Shown here in pieces: positions 48,813-60,400 of a DNA stretch of 64,000 nt. The DNA is from Alphaproteobacteria bacterium (GTDB taxonomy: Bacteria; Pseudomonadota; Alphaproteobacteria; Rs-D84). The stretch spans positions 37,967-101,966 of the forward strand of contig JAFVOS010000007.1 in NCBI GenBank assembly GCA_017505705.1, in the 5' to 3' direction. The position numbers were made by a program, and so were the translations under genes. How positions within the stretch are numbered: the stretch's first letter is position 1; each line of letters opens with the position of its first letter. The notes below the pieces were generated by a model that was given only the letters and a program-made list of their open reading frames with translations, was not told where the DNA came from and ran no database searches.

Positions 48813-49595
48813 ATGACAATAAATCAAGCGTTCACAATTTTATCAAAAGCAGGGGGCGTTCGTGCCGCCAGAATTATTACAGAAAATATTAAGAATTTAT
48901 CCAGGTTTCGTGTCTGGAAAATGGCTCGTATGTTACGGCGTGATGTGCCGGTGGCTAAGATTGTTGGGCAAAAGTGGTTTTATGGTTTGCAATTTTTTAC
49001 TGATAAATACACATTGGACCCACGCCCGGATACAGAAACATTGGTTGCAGCAGTGGTTTCTGATTTTGGGGCGCAATCTGAACCAATAAGTATCTTAGAC
49101 CTGGGGACGGGAACGGGGTGTATAATAATTAGTTTGATGAAGAATGTGTGTGCAACAAATTGTGTGGCGCTGGATGTGTCCAGACGGGCATTAAAGATTA
49201 CCCGTAAAAATGTTAAACGATATGGGTTGGAAAGCTGGGCAAGGTTGATTCGTGGATCTTTTTATAACCCAAAATTAAAATTTAAGAATAAGTTTGATGT
49301 GATTGTGTCTAATCCGCCATATATTGCACGTGGAGATATGCGTGTGGATTCTGGGGCAATGCATGATCCAGAATTAGCACTGTATGCACCAGACGATGGG
49401 TATGGGGCATATTTAGCAATTGCAAAAAATGCCAGGGAATGGATACGCAAGGGTGGGCGGATATATCTGGAAATTGGAATCGATATGGGCAGGCGTGTGC
49501 GTGAAATATTTGAAAATATGGGATGGACCTTTGTGAGGTCTGATTATGACCTGGCGAATGTCGAACGTGTGTTGGTGTTTGAATATTTGAAATAA
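48813..49595 (+). CDS. prmC: release factor glutamine methyltransferase
   Basis: PRPDTE, LDLGTGTGCI, SNPPY. Confidence 0.92.
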   Translation: MTINQAFTILSKAGGVRAARIITENIKNLSRFRVWKMARMLRRDVPVAKIVGQKWFYGLQFFTDKYTLDPRPDTETLVAAVVSDFGAQSEPISILDLGTGTGCIIISLMKNVCATNCVALDVSRRALKITRKNVKRYGLESWARLIRGSFYNPKLKFKNKFDVIVSNPPYIARGDMRVDSGAMHDPELALYAPDDGYGAYLAIAKNAREWIRKGGRIYLEIGIDMGRRVREIFENMGWTFVRSDYDLANVERVLVFEYLK

Positions 49596-49597
49596 CT

Positions 49598-50332
49598 TTA
49601 TTTAAAGTTTATGTCCAGTTTTGGAAAATAGTCGTGTTTCGCATTTGGGATAACTGTCAGTCTGGATGCGGAAACCCATTTGCGACTTAGGCTGTTGGGC
49701 ACAACAGAATCGTGTTCTGCGATATAGTGTATTTGTGATACTTGTGGCAATCCGTTCATGTTTAATGATTGGGACAGTGGTTTATCATTGAAATGTTTTG
49801 TCCAATCTTTGTGATTTAATACCCCGGCAATTGTTATCCATTTTTTTATGTTTAATTCTGGGTGTTGTTTTATTACCAATCCTGATACCATCGCACCACC
49901 AGAATAGCCAACCAGTATAATTGGGCGTCCCTTGGCAACGGATTTAATGGCCTGGGACATATTATCTATTATTTGTTTGGAAAAACGTCCGTCTGTCCAA
50001 TCGGTGGTATCACAATTTTTTCCACGTATATACTGGCATGGACGACCCATGTATACGACATTGGGTGATGTGTCTTTTGATGCCAGATTGCGAACCAAGT
50101 GTTTGCGTGGCGTTGGGTCACGTGTTGGTTGGCCAGATCTGTTGAATGCGTATCCGTCACCTTCGATGTATATGTGTATTGGATCTGATGCGGTGGTAAT
50201 ATGTTGCCATGTAGCAATTTCAAAGTCGTTTGTTTGAATTGGGGTGTACGTAAAACTGTATGGCCCAATCAGGGCGCTGGTACATGCGCCAAGTAAAGCA
50301 ATACCAGAAAAGATTAATGGCTTAAAATTCAA
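49598..50332 (-). CDS. alpha/beta-hydrolase lipoprotein
   Basis: lipobox LGAC, IYIEGDG, RPCQY, GYSGG. Confidence 0.8.
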   Translation of the reverse strand: MNFKPLIFSGIALLGACTSALIGPYSFTYTPIQTNDFEIATWQHITTASDPIHIYIEGDGYAFNRSGQPTRDPTPRKHLVRNLASKDTSPNVVYMGRPCQYIRGKNCDTTDWTDGRFSKQIIDNMSQAIKSVAKGRPIILVGYSGGAMVSGLVIKQHPELNIKKWITIAGVLNHKDWTKHFNDKPLSQSLNMNGLPQVSQIHYIAEHDSVVPNSLSRKWVSASRLTVIPNAKHDYFPKLDINFK

Positions 50333-51296
50333 ACCTTAATCCCAACATCAGGTTGATATAAATCAAGTTTTCTGCGCTTATCCAATCACGATGACGTGTG
50401 TTGTCTTCGTTGGTTAATTTCCATTTTACACGTGGAATATATGCCATTCTGGCACCAAAGTCCAAGAACATTGTTTCTGTCAGACCGTATGATATTCCCC
50501 CCGCCACCAATGCAGCAATGTTAGATGTGCTGGTTTCGGATTTGTAAAAAGATATAACGTCATATGTTTCCGAATTTACAGAACCAAAATTGCGTAAATC
50601 CAGGTCTGCAGATAAATCGCCGTATGGATCGGTCAGATTCATAGCAGTTTTTGTATCTGCGTATCCAATCCCCAGACCGATGTATGGGATTGCTGTGCGA
50701 ATTGGTTTTTGCAGGCCACTGTAAAAATCATAAAATGCCATTGCACTGATGATATCTGTTTGAACAGTGGACTGAATAGCGCTGCTGGGGGTTTCGATTG
50801 CAGATACCGAGCCACCAGTTAACACCAGTTCGCCATTAAATAAGGGGGATGCATTATAATCGCTTTTCATTATGTGATCCCAGCCCGCTTCAAATCGCCA
50901 TTGTGGTGCCCCAGGCAGTGTCCAACCAATACTGGCCCCTGCGGCAAATGCGAACGCTTCAAAGTCTTTGGTTGGTGGCAGGGTTGATATGTCACCATAT
51001 CCCGCCAGTTCATATCCGCTGCAATCGCCACCATTTGCACGACATACAGTTTCTGGAACAATTGAACCAGCACTGTCGATATAATAATATGCACTTAGTG
51101 CGCCAACGTCATTTTTAATGCCAGCAAAGCCCATAGATGCGCCACCACGTAAAGATAAAACAAAACGTGAACCGTCATCTTCGTACCAGCCGTCACCAAC
51201 ATAAACACCGTCGTATTGCCAATTAGCCATAGCCGGCAAAGTCATTGCGCAAAATAAAATGGGCAAGATTGTATGTATTCTTTTTCTCATGCCCAT
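50322..51296 (-). CDS. outer-membrane beta-barrel protein
   Basis: signal peptide, PYIGLGIG, terminal LRFEF. Confidence 0.75.
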   Translation of the reverse strand: MGMRKRIHTILPILFCAMTLPAMANWQYDGVYVGDGWYEDDGSRFVLSLRGGASMGFAGIKNDVGALSAYYYIDSAGSIVPETVCRANGGDCSGYELAGYGDISTLPPTKDFEAFAFAAGASIGWTLPGAPQWRFEAGWDHIMKSDYNASPLFNGELVLTGGSVSAIETPSSAIQSTVQTDIISAMAFYDFYSGLQKPIRTAIPYIGLGIGYADTKTAMNLTDPYGDLSADLDLRNFGSVNSETYDVISFYKSETSTSNIAALVAGGISYGLTETMFLDFGARMAYIPRVKWKLTNEDNTRHRDWISAENLIYINLMLGLRFEF

Positions 51297-51333
51297 TATT
51301 ATATCACAAAATCAGTGCCGATAAAAACAGATT

Positions 51334-53106
51334 TTATTTGTTTTGAATTATTTCCCGGAAAATTTCTGCGGGGATTGTGCCGCCTGTGATTTTTGAATCC
51401 ATGGGGGTAAAATCGTCGTTGCCCATCCATACGCCAATAACCAGGTTATTGGTTGCACCAACAAACCAGGCGTCACGATTTTCATTGCTGGTCCCTGTTT
51501 TCCCGCCCAGAACGCCGTTTGTGCGTGCCCGGCCACCGGTTCCCCCAGGGGCAATTACATCGGCCAGCATTTTTGTCATGTGTTCCACAGTTTCTGGATG
51601 TAATACGGTTATAGGTTCTGATGGATTTCGTTCGTATATAATATTACCAGACTGGTCGGTTATTTTTGTAATAGAATATGGGTGCACAGAATTGCCGGCA
51701 TTCCAAATAACAGCGTATATGTTGGTCAGGTCAAGCAGGGTCATTTCTGAGGCACCAAGAACAGTTGAATATTCACGACGCAGGCGTGTCCCAACCCCCA
51801 GACGCCCCGCCATCGATAAAATGTTTTCGATTCCATACATCTCAGTTAATTTTAGTGGTACAGAATTTACACTTTTGGCGAAAGCTGTTGCCAGTGTTAT
51901 GTCGCCATAGTAGCGTTCGTTGTAATTTTTTGGGTTATAATCGCCAATCGCAAATGGAGAATCGTTGACATAACTGTCGGGGGTCAGTCCATTTTCCAAT
52001 GCAACCAGATATACAACGGGTTTAAAACTGCTGCCGGGTTGGCGTGGGGCGGTTGCACGATTAAATTGGCTGGTCTGATAATCGGTGCCGCCGGACATTG
52101 CACGTATTGCGCCATCTGTTTCCATCGCAATTACAGCCCCCTGGTATGGAGGTGTTTTTTGTGACAGGGTGTTGGCAACGTGTTCCTGTAATTGCATATC
52201 CATTGTTGTATATACGTATAAGTCTGTTTCAAACGTACCAATTCTGGATTTTACTTCGTCGATAACAAAATCTGTCCAATATCGGTACAGATTTGTGTCT
52301 GATGTTGGGGTGGCGGGTGCCAACTGTTTGGCTGCAATTCGGGCCTGGTTCAATGTGATGTATCCTTGTCGTACCATTTCTTGTAGAATTACACGTGCAC
52401 GTTGTATGTTCTTGTCCGGGTTGCGCAGAGGGCTGTATGTTGTTGGAGCCTTTAACATTGCGGCGATTTGTGCCGCCTGGGCGATGTTTAAATTATTGGC
52501 AGATGTTTGAAACATGATGCGTGATGCCGCATCAATGCCACGCATACCACCGACCAATGATACGCGGTTCATATATAAATCCAGAATTTGATTCTTAGAG
52601 AACCGGTTTTCCAGCCAATGGGCTAATATTAATTCTTGGACTTTGCGTGATATTTTTTTGTCTCGACTAAGAAATATGTTCTTTGCGGTTTGTTGGGTTA
52701 TGGTTGATCCGCCGGCCGCAATGCGGCCAGAAGCCAGGTTTGATATTATTGCACGTGTTATGCCACGAATATCAATTGGGCCATGTTCAAAAAAGCGTTT
52801 GTCTTCGATTGCCACAATTGCCTGCCACACGTGGGGGGGCAGGGTGTCTATGGATACAGGGGTGCCCATGATGCGGCCCGATGCACGAATTTCGTTGCCG
52901 TTTTTATCCATGAATACCAATGCGGCTGGTCTGGTTTCGTGTAAAATAGCTTCCAACGATGGCATGCGCATGTATATATATGCAACATAACCTGTAATAA
53001 ATATGCCGGTGATTAAAATGGTGTTCAGTGCCCATGCCATCAGGCGTCGCTTAAATGATGGGGGTTGTTTTTTGGATGCACAGTTGTTGTTGGTGGAACG
53101 TGCCAC
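51334..53106 (-). CDS. class A penicillin-binding protein (PBP1A family)
   Basis: EDKRF, GGSTITQQTAKN, RQPGSSFKP, SVN, GKTGTS. Confidence 0.92.
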   Translation of the reverse strand: MARSTNNNCASKKQPPSFKRRLMAWALNTILITGIFITGYVAYIYMRMPSLEAILHETRPAALVFMDKNGNEIRASGRIMGTPVSIDTLPPHVWQAIVAIEDKRFFEHGPIDIRGITRAIISNLASGRIAAGGSTITQQTAKNIFLSRDKKISRKVQELILAHWLENRFSKNQILDLYMNRVSLVGGMRGIDAASRIMFQTSANNLNIAQAAQIAAMLKAPTTYSPLRNPDKNIQRARVILQEMVRQGYITLNQARIAAKQLAPATPTSDTNLYRYWTDFVIDEVKSRIGTFETDLYVYTTMDMQLQEHVANTLSQKTPPYQGAVIAMETDGAIRAMSGGTDYQTSQFNRATAPRQPGSSFKPVVYLVALENGLTPDSYVNDSPFAIGDYNPKNYNERYYGDITLATAFAKSVNSVPLKLTEMYGIENILSMAGRLGVGTRLRREYSTVLGASEMTLLDLTNIYAVIWNAGNSVHPYSITKITDQSGNIIYERNPSEPITVLHPETVEHMTKMLADVIAPGGTGGRARTNGVLGGKTGTSNENRDAWFVGATNNLVIGVWMGNDDFTPMDSKITGGTIPAEIFREIIQNK

Positions 53107-53175
53107 TGGAAAACTCCTTGCCTTTTTTATCAGTTTATAATTATAATCCTAGCATATAAAAAAGGAAAGGGATAT

Positions 53176-53865
53176 ATGAAAAAAATTACATTGGTGTTGG
53201 TGATGTTGTTTTGTTCGCCGGCGTTCGCAGAAGATTTTTATTATCAAGAATATGTTGCGCCAGATGCAGCGTATGGTGCTGATTATGTTGAAAGTATAAA
53301 TGTTTCCACAGATGGTAATCAACGTGATAACTATATAGGAATGCGTTTGCATAAGAATGAACGTATTTCGTTTGCGTTTGATATGCGATCTGGTGGTGGA
53401 ACAACGTTAAAAAATGATGGGGTTGGTTTGGGGGTGTATGTTGGAAACCGATTGACTGATTTTTTAAAGGTGGAATTTGAGACATTGTATAATGGGGCAA
53501 ATGATACCAAGCGTGATATCGATTTTGATTTTGATATTTGGTCTAATATGGTAAATGTCTTTTTGTATCAGACATATGGTGGGGCGGTTGAACCGTATGC
53601 CGGGGTTGGATTGGGTTTTTCAACAATTTGGTCTGATGTTGGTGGGCGTGTCGAACATGCAATGGATACAACCTTTGATTTTTCTTATTCTGTTATGGTT
53701 GGGGTGAATTTTGCATTGAATGATCGTGTGAATCTGGATCTGGGATTTAAATATCAAAAATATGGGGATGCCGACCACAAGGCCAGTTCTGGTACATATG
53801 CAACAACAGATATTGACGCAACAGAATTTTATATCGGCGCTGCGTATAAGTTTGGATTAAAATAA
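53176..53865 (+). CDS. outer-membrane beta-barrel protein (OmpA-like/porin family)
   Basis: signal peptide, EPYAGVGLG, YKF near C-terminus. Confidence 0.78.
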   Translation: MKKITLVLVMLFCSPAFAEDFYYQEYVAPDAAYGADYVESINVSTDGNQRDNYIGMRLHKNERISFAFDMRSGGGTTLKNDGVGLGVYVGNRLTDFLKVEFETLYNGANDTKRDIDFDFDIWSNMVNVFLYQTYGGAVEPYAGVGLGFSTIWSDVGGRVEHAMDTTFDFSYSVMVGVNFALNDRVNLDLGFKYQKYGDADHKASSGTYATTDIDATEFYIGAAYKFGLK

Positions 53866-53887
53866 AAATGCCCCAATCGGGGCATTT

Positions 53888-54127
53888 TTATTTCTTTTTT
53901 GATTTTGGTTTTTGCTTAGATTTTGGTGCCGATTTGGTTGGGACTTTGTTGTATTCACGTGCCAGTGTCACAATACAGGTATATGCCAGCAGAGCAGACA
54001 GGGCAGTGATTAAGCCGGACAACAGGCCGTCAGAAAAGATTGCAAACAATATAATTGCAACAACCAAAACAACGGTGTATCCCAAGTTTTTTGTCAGAAC
54101 ATTTAATAATTTTTCAAAAGATTTCAT
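53888..54127 (-). CDS. small membrane protein
   Basis: two hydrophobic helices, Lys-rich tail, AAGGA RBS. Confidence 0.6.
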   Translation of the reverse strand: MKSFEKLLNVLTKNLGYTVVLVVAIILFAIFSDGLLSGLITALSALLAYTCIVTLAREYNKVPTKSAPKSKQKPKSKKK

Positions 54128-54247
54128 GAATTTTCCTTTGTTAGTACGTGTTGTATTATATCATATTTAGGGTTGGGTTTCTATGAAAAAAGACCGCAGA
54201 ATGTTCTGCGGCTTTCTTTTTCAGGGGAGAAAACATGAAAAATTGAT

Positions 54248-55015
54248 TTACAGCACAACGTATCCGCCCAAGCGTGCAGTTGCTGGGATTGGGCCAAATG
54301 ATGAGCGTGGGCTGACGTATATGTTGCCAGTGACAGTAAATTCACCACAAAACTGTAACATATTAACGTCACGCAGGAATAGGTTGCCATTAATGCGTAC
54401 GCCACATGGCAATGTGTACTTGCGCATGTTTTGCAGGTACAGGTTTCCTTGGATTTTTGTGTTGTGTTCAATTGCTGTGGCTGCACCACGACTGTCAATT
54501 ACAACATCGCCCATGATTTTGTTTTCTTGTCTAACTTTTGCGATTTGATTAACAGATGTTGCGCATGGTTTTGCAGGCACAACAACAATTGGTTCGTTGA
54601 TGATTTCACGTGTTTGCGTGTCACGCACCATTGGCAGTGTGTTTGTGACTGGTTTTACAGGACGTGCCACAACATTGCGTTTTTCGGGTGTTGTATCAGA
54701 TGGTAAAACAGTTGTCTGAACAACATCGTCACGAATGATTACAACATTATCAGTGCGACAATTGCACAAATCAATAATTAACATTGAAAACAGTACGATA
54801 ATTGCCACCAGTAATGTCAGATTAACAATACCAATTACATTAATATTGCACAGCCAGTTCCAAATGCGTTTGCATGTGCGGGCCAGCATGCGAAATGGTG
54901 CGCATATGATTTTCCAGGTGTGTTTGCAGAAATTTTTCAGGCGTGTATTTTTTTTGATTGTCTTGTTGTTCTTTACACGACTGGTTGCACGTTTAATTTG
55001 TTGTTTTTTTGCCAT
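54248..55015 (-). CDS. membrane-anchored hypothetical protein with C-terminal beta-helix-like repeats
   Basis: basic N-terminus, TM helix, repeats IQGNLYL / INGNLFL / VTGNIYV. Confidence 0.65.
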   Translation of the reverse strand: MAKKQQIKRATSRVKNNKTIKKNTRLKNFCKHTWKIICAPFRMLARTCKRIWNWLCNINVIGIVNLTLLVAIIVLFSMLIIDLCNCRTDNVVIIRDDVVQTTVLPSDTTPEKRNVVARPVKPVTNTLPMVRDTQTREIINEPIVVVPAKPCATSVNQIAKVRQENKIMGDVVIDSRGAATAIEHNTKIQGNLYLQNMRKYTLPCGVRINGNLFLRDVNMLQFCGEFTVTGNIYVSPRSSFGPIPATARLGGYVVL

Positions 55016-55102
55016 TGTTGTCCCTTTATGTCGGTATGTTTATTTGTTATAACTATAGTCCAAAAAATATATTTGTCAATAGTTTTTGTCAAAATTTATT
55101 CT

Positions 55103-55840
55103 TTACATTATTCGTGATTTGCGCAGACGTTTAATGATTTCTCGTTGGGTTCGTAACATGCATTCGTACATATAGTGCGAATATGCTTTTGTGTCGCCCT
55201 GGGCCCTGGCACGCAAAGCTGTCATATAGTTCTCTTTGTCGGTGCGTTTATTGAACAAAATTGGACGGTATCCTTTGGATATCAAAAACCAGTTCATTAC
55301 CAGGCGGGCTGTGCGTTTGTTATAATCATTGAATGGTTGAGCGGCAATGATGTCATAATGAATATTAAATGCACGTGTTAGTACAGGTACACGTTCGTCG
55401 TTTATATGATATTGTATGTCGTCCAGACGGTACAGCATCTGCATATAGTTTGGTGCGTGAATTCCCAGCTGCATTATGTGTGCAGATGATATGCGATATT
55501 CGCCCCCAGGGATGTCTGTATCTTTGCATAAAATTTTATGAATTTGTCGAATAGCATATGTATCAATTGTTTTTATGTTTTCGTGTTGGACGATAAAATC
55601 CCATGCCGTTCCAAGATTCTTTATGTTGCTGAAATCCAGATAGAATTGCTTTTCTTTCTGTGGCATATAATTTGGATATTGAAATAATATCTTGGTTTCT
55701 TTGGATAATTCATCACGTATCCAGTGCAGATTACGCAGCCGTTTGGCTGTGTCAGAACCAGACAACATTTTTGTAATTGTCTTGCGATTTTGTTCTATTA
55801 ATTCTTTTAGGTTAGGCGTTTTTGTCATTTTTGCCCCCAT
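55103..55840 (-). CDS. Fic/Doc family protein with degenerate motif
   Basis: IRQIHKIL, PGGEYR, HYDIIAAQPFNDYNKRTARLVMN. Confidence 0.8.
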   Translation of the reverse strand: MGAKMTKTPNLKELIEQNRKTITKMLSGSDTAKRLRNLHWIRDELSKETKILFQYPNYMPQKEKQFYLDFSNIKNLGTAWDFIVQHENIKTIDTYAIRQIHKILCKDTDIPGGEYRISSAHIMQLGIHAPNYMQMLYRLDDIQYHINDERVPVLTRAFNIHYDIIAAQPFNDYNKRTARLVMNWFLISKGYRPILFNKRTDKENYMTALRARAQGDTKAYSHYMYECMLRTQREIIKRLRKSRIM

Positions 55841-55976
55841 ATATTATTATTGTATGTGTAAAATATAACCCTTAATTGTAATTTGTCAAGTTTTTTGTGT
55901 TTTTTATAAAATCGGGTTGAATGGGGTGAAAAATTGTTTTATGCTGGGGTTCAGGAATTATGAAAGGATGTTTTGT

Positions 55977-57377
55977 ATGTTAAAAAAAATCTTGGTTTTG
56001 TTATTGTTGTGTGTGCCAATGATTGCCGGTGCGGCGCCAAAAGATAAGAAAAAGGAAGAGCCAGTGGTTCATCTGACTGATGAACAGATTTATCAAGAAT
56101 TAAAAAAATTGGCCATGGTGTTCGAAGTAGCACGTGAAAATTTTGTCGAAGAAGCTGATGAAAAAAAGATGCTGGAAGCGGCGATGAGTGGGATGTTGGG
56201 GGCGTTGGATCCACATTCTTCGTATTTGTCAGCAGATGATTTCAAAGAATTTAATGATAAGTCACATGGTGAATTTGGTGGACTGGGGATTCAAATTACA
56301 AGTGACAGGGGGGCGGTGCGTGTTATTTCACCAATTGATGATACGCCTGCGGACAAGGCTGGAATTAAGGCTGGGGATTATATCACCCATATCGATGGTG
56401 AACAGGTGTTTGATTTAACCCTGAACCAGGCTGTGAAAAAAATGAAGGGTCGTCCAGGGACCAAGGTAAAGTTAACTATTATTTCAGATGGTGAAGAAAA
56501 AACATTAACGCTGAAGCGTGCGATTATTAAGGTTGAGTCTGTAAAACATGATGTAAAAACAATGGCTGATGCAGATCCGGATGATAAAGATGTGCCAAAG
56601 GTTGGCTATATCAGAATTTCTGATTTTGGGGCGACCACTGCACGTGATTTAAGAAAGGCGCTGGAAGCACTGGAAAAGAAAAATGTTGTTGGATATGTTT
56701 TGGATGTCCGTAATAATCCAGGGGGGTACCTGACAGCAGCAATTGATGTGTCGGATGCGTTTTTGGACAGTGGCGAAATTGTTTCAACACGTGGCAAAGC
56801 GAAGACGGATATTGAACGTACGTATGCTAAATCAGGCGATTTAGCTAATGGTAAGCCGGTGGTTGTGCTGATTAATCATGGTTCTGCGTCTGCGTCTGAA
56901 ATTGTGGCTGGGGCATTGCAGGATAATGGGCGTGGACTGGTTATGGGATCACAATCATTTGGTAAGGGCAGTGTGCAACAACAAAAGCCATTGGGTGATG
57001 GAACAGCAATTCATATTACGATTGCACGTTATTATACCCCGTCTGGGCGTTCGATTCAAAACGAAGGTATTACCCCAGATGTGGAAGTTCTGCAAAGCAA
57101 GGTAGAGGTTCTTGAAAAGAAAGAGAGCAAGTATTCAGAGGCTTCGTTTAAAAATTCTTTGAAAAACGATCAGTCAAAGAAAAAAGATAAAAAGAAAGCG
57201 GATGATGAAGATGCGACAGATGACAAAGAATTAACAGATGAAGAAAAGGATGCGCTGGATTATCAACTGCAACGTGGAATGGATATGGTAATCGCAATGT
57301 CTAAGATGCAGAAAAAGACTGAAACGCTGGCGACAGAAGAGAAAAAGTCAGAAGATAAGTCTGATGAAAAAAAATAA
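55977..57377 (+). CDS. S41 carboxy-terminal processing protease (CtpA-like)
   Basis: LDPHSSY, GLGI PDZ, DVRNNPGG, SASASEI, FGKGSVQ. Confidence 0.93.
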   Translation: MLKKILVLLLLCVPMIAGAAPKDKKKEEPVVHLTDEQIYQELKKLAMVFEVARENFVEEADEKKMLEAAMSGMLGALDPHSSYLSADDFKEFNDKSHGEFGGLGIQITSDRGAVRVISPIDDTPADKAGIKAGDYITHIDGEQVFDLTLNQAVKKMKGRPGTKVKLTIISDGEEKTLTLKRAIIKVESVKHDVKTMADADPDDKDVPKVGYIRISDFGATTARDLRKALEALEKKNVVGYVLDVRNNPGGYLTAAIDVSDAFLDSGEIVSTRGKAKTDIERTYAKSGDLANGKPVVVLINHGSASASEIVAGALQDNGRGLVMGSQSFGKGSVQQQKPLGDGTAIHITIARYYTPSGRSIQNEGITPDVEVLQSKVEVLEKKESKYSEASFKNSLKNDQSKKKDKKKADDEDATDDKELTDEEKDALDYQLQRGMDMVIAMSKMQKKTETLATEEKKSEDKSDEKK

Positions 57378-57483
57378 AATTTTGGGGCGCTTGCCCCGTT
57401 TTTTTATGTTTAATAAGTCTTGCCTTGATTAAAAAATGGGGGTATTATTTGCACGATTATAAATAACAGGTAAGGAAACAAAA

Positions 57484-60400
57484 ATGTCTAAATTGATTGT
57501 TGATGGAAACTGGGCGGCGGCGGACGTTGCGTACAGATGTGTTGATTTTGCAGCAATTTATCCAATTACCCCCAGCAGTACGATGGGAGAGCTGGCAGAT
57601 GAATGGTCTTTTCAGCATAAAAAAAACATTTGGGGTGCAATACCACAGATAATTGAAATGCAATCAGAAGCTGGGGCTGCTGGTGCAATGCATGGGGCGT
57701 TGCAAATGGGAAGTTTGGCAACAACGTTTACGGCATCCCAAGGTTTGTTGTTGATGATTCCAAATATGTATAAAATAGCCGGTGAACAAACGCCGTTTGT
57801 TATGCATGTGGCGGCACGTGCGTTGGCAACACATGCATTGTCAATCTTTGGTGATCACAGTGACGTTATGTCTGTGCGTTCAACAGGGTTTGCAATGCTG
57901 TCATCGCACAATGTTCAACAGGCGCATGATATGGCGGCGATTGCACATGCGGCAACATTGCGATCACGTGTGCCGTTTTTACATTTCTTTGATGGATTCC
58001 GTACCAGTCACGAAGAATCTAGATTGGTAAGAATTGATGATGGTGTTCTAAAAGAACTGATTCCTGATTCATTGGTTCTGGAAAATCGTGAACGTGGTAT
58101 GACGCCGGACAAACCAACTATTCGTGGAACAGCCCAGAATCCAGATGTGTATTTCCAGGGGCGTGAAGCCGCAAATCCACTGTATAATAAAACGCCAGAG
58201 GTTGTTCAGGAATGTATGGATATGTTCGGAAAACTGACGGGGCGCAAATATAATTTGGTGGATTATGTTGGTGATAAAAATGCTGAACATGTTATTGTCG
58301 CAATGGGCAGTGCGTGCGAGACAATTGAAGAAACGCTGGCGCATTTGCCAGCTGGGTTGGGGCTGGTGAAGGTACATTTGTATCGTCCGTTCCCAGTTGA
58401 TGCGTTTCGTGCGGTGTTGCCGAAAACAGTCAAAAATATTGCGGTATTAGACAGAACAAAGGAACCAGGCTCGATTGGTGAACCGTTGTATCAAGATGTT
58501 AAAACAGTTATCGGTGATGGGGCGAACGTGTTTGGTGGACGCTATGGACTGGGGTCCAAAGAATTTAAGCCACGAGATGTTAAGGCTATATATGAAAATA
58601 TGATGCGTGGCGAATTGAAGCATAATTTTACCGTTGGCATTGATGATGATTTAACAGGGTTGTCACTGAAAACAGATCCATCCTTTTCGGTTGAGGATCC
58701 GAATTTTAAGACAGCGATTCTGTACGGTATCGGCAGTGACGGAACGGTTGGGGCGGTTAAAAATATCGTAAAAATTGTTGGGGAAAATTCTGAATTATAT
58801 CCCCAGTCGTATGCGGTTTATGATTCCAAGAAATCCGGCGGATTGACAGCGTCGCACATCAGATTTTCAGACGCACCAATTAAAAGTCAATATTTGGTCG
58901 AAGTTGCTGATTTTATAAGTGTTTCAAACTTTATGATTGCACAGCGTTTTGATGTGTTTCGTGGATTGCGTGCAGGTGGTACTGTCATGATTAATACATC
59001 AATGGCACCAGATGTCGCATTTGCAAATTTGCCAAAAGATACCCAGGAACATCTGATGCGAATTCGTGCACGTGTGTTCTTCTTGGATGCAAATACGGCG
59101 GCGGCAGAATTGGGACTGGGGAATCGTATTAACACATTTATTATGTTGAATTTCTTTAATTTGACGCATGTTATTGACCCAAGTGTTGCTGCACAAAGTG
59201 CCAAGGTTGCAATTGAAAAGACATATAAAAAGAAGGGGATGGAGATTGTAGAAGCAAACTGGGCCGCCGTAGACAAGGCGTCGGAATATTTGCATGAATA
59301 CAATCTGCCGTCATCAATATCAAATTTTGCCCCTGATTTTGTTCCTGCAATGACATTGGACACGCCAGCTGAAATTGCTGGGACGTTGGGTGAAATGGCT
59401 GCACAACGTGGTGATGCTATACCGGTGTCACGTTTTCGTGTTGATGGACAGTTTGGTGGTGGTCAATACCCTGTTGGAACGGCTAAGTATGAAAAGCGTG
59501 CTGTGTCACCACGTGTCGCAACAGTTGATTTGGAAAAGTGTATCCAGTGTGGAAAGTGTTCTATGATGTGTCCACATGCGGCAATACGTATCAAGGTTAT
59601 GACAGAAGAACAGGCAGAACAAGCTCGCAACGAGGGTGTAATTGTTGTCCCAATGAAGACGCCAGAACTGGGGGCAAATATGTATTATACATTGAATATT
59701 TCACCTGCGGATTGTACGGGATGTAATGTATGTGTTAAGAATTGCCCGGTTAAGGCACTGGCCATGGTTAATGCGTCAGATGTTATGGAAAAAAATCAAG
59801 CGGCGTTTAATGCGGCTGAAAAACTGCCAGATATTGATAGGGCAAAATTAAATCTGAATATACCAAAGCATGTAGAATTATTACCGCACTATTTTGAATT
59901 CCCAGGGGCGTGTGCTGGATGTGGTGAAACACCATATGTAAAATTATTGGCACATTTGTTTGGTGACAGAATGGTTGTGGCGAACGCAACGGGATGTTCG
60001 TCAATATATGGTGCAAATCTGCCAACAACACCATGGACCAAGGATGCAAATGGTCGGGGGCCGGCATGGTCTAATTCATTATTCGAAGATAATGCAGAAT
60101 ATGGCCTGGGGATGCGATTGGCATTGAATCAGAAGCGTGAAAATCTGAAGGCATTATTATTTGAATTGGGTATTGAAAATGTTGAAGCAATCTTTGATGA
60201 AACCGATTCGCAAAAACAACGTGATGTTGAGCAAAAATTGCGTGCGCAATTAGCGCAAATGGATGGCGAACGTGCAAGATTGGCAGAAAGCCTGGTCGGT
60301 GAAATTGTCAATAAATCTGTATGGATAATTGGTGGTGATGGCTGGGCGTATGATATTGGGTATGGTGGTGTTGACCATATATTACATAGTGGTGAAAATG

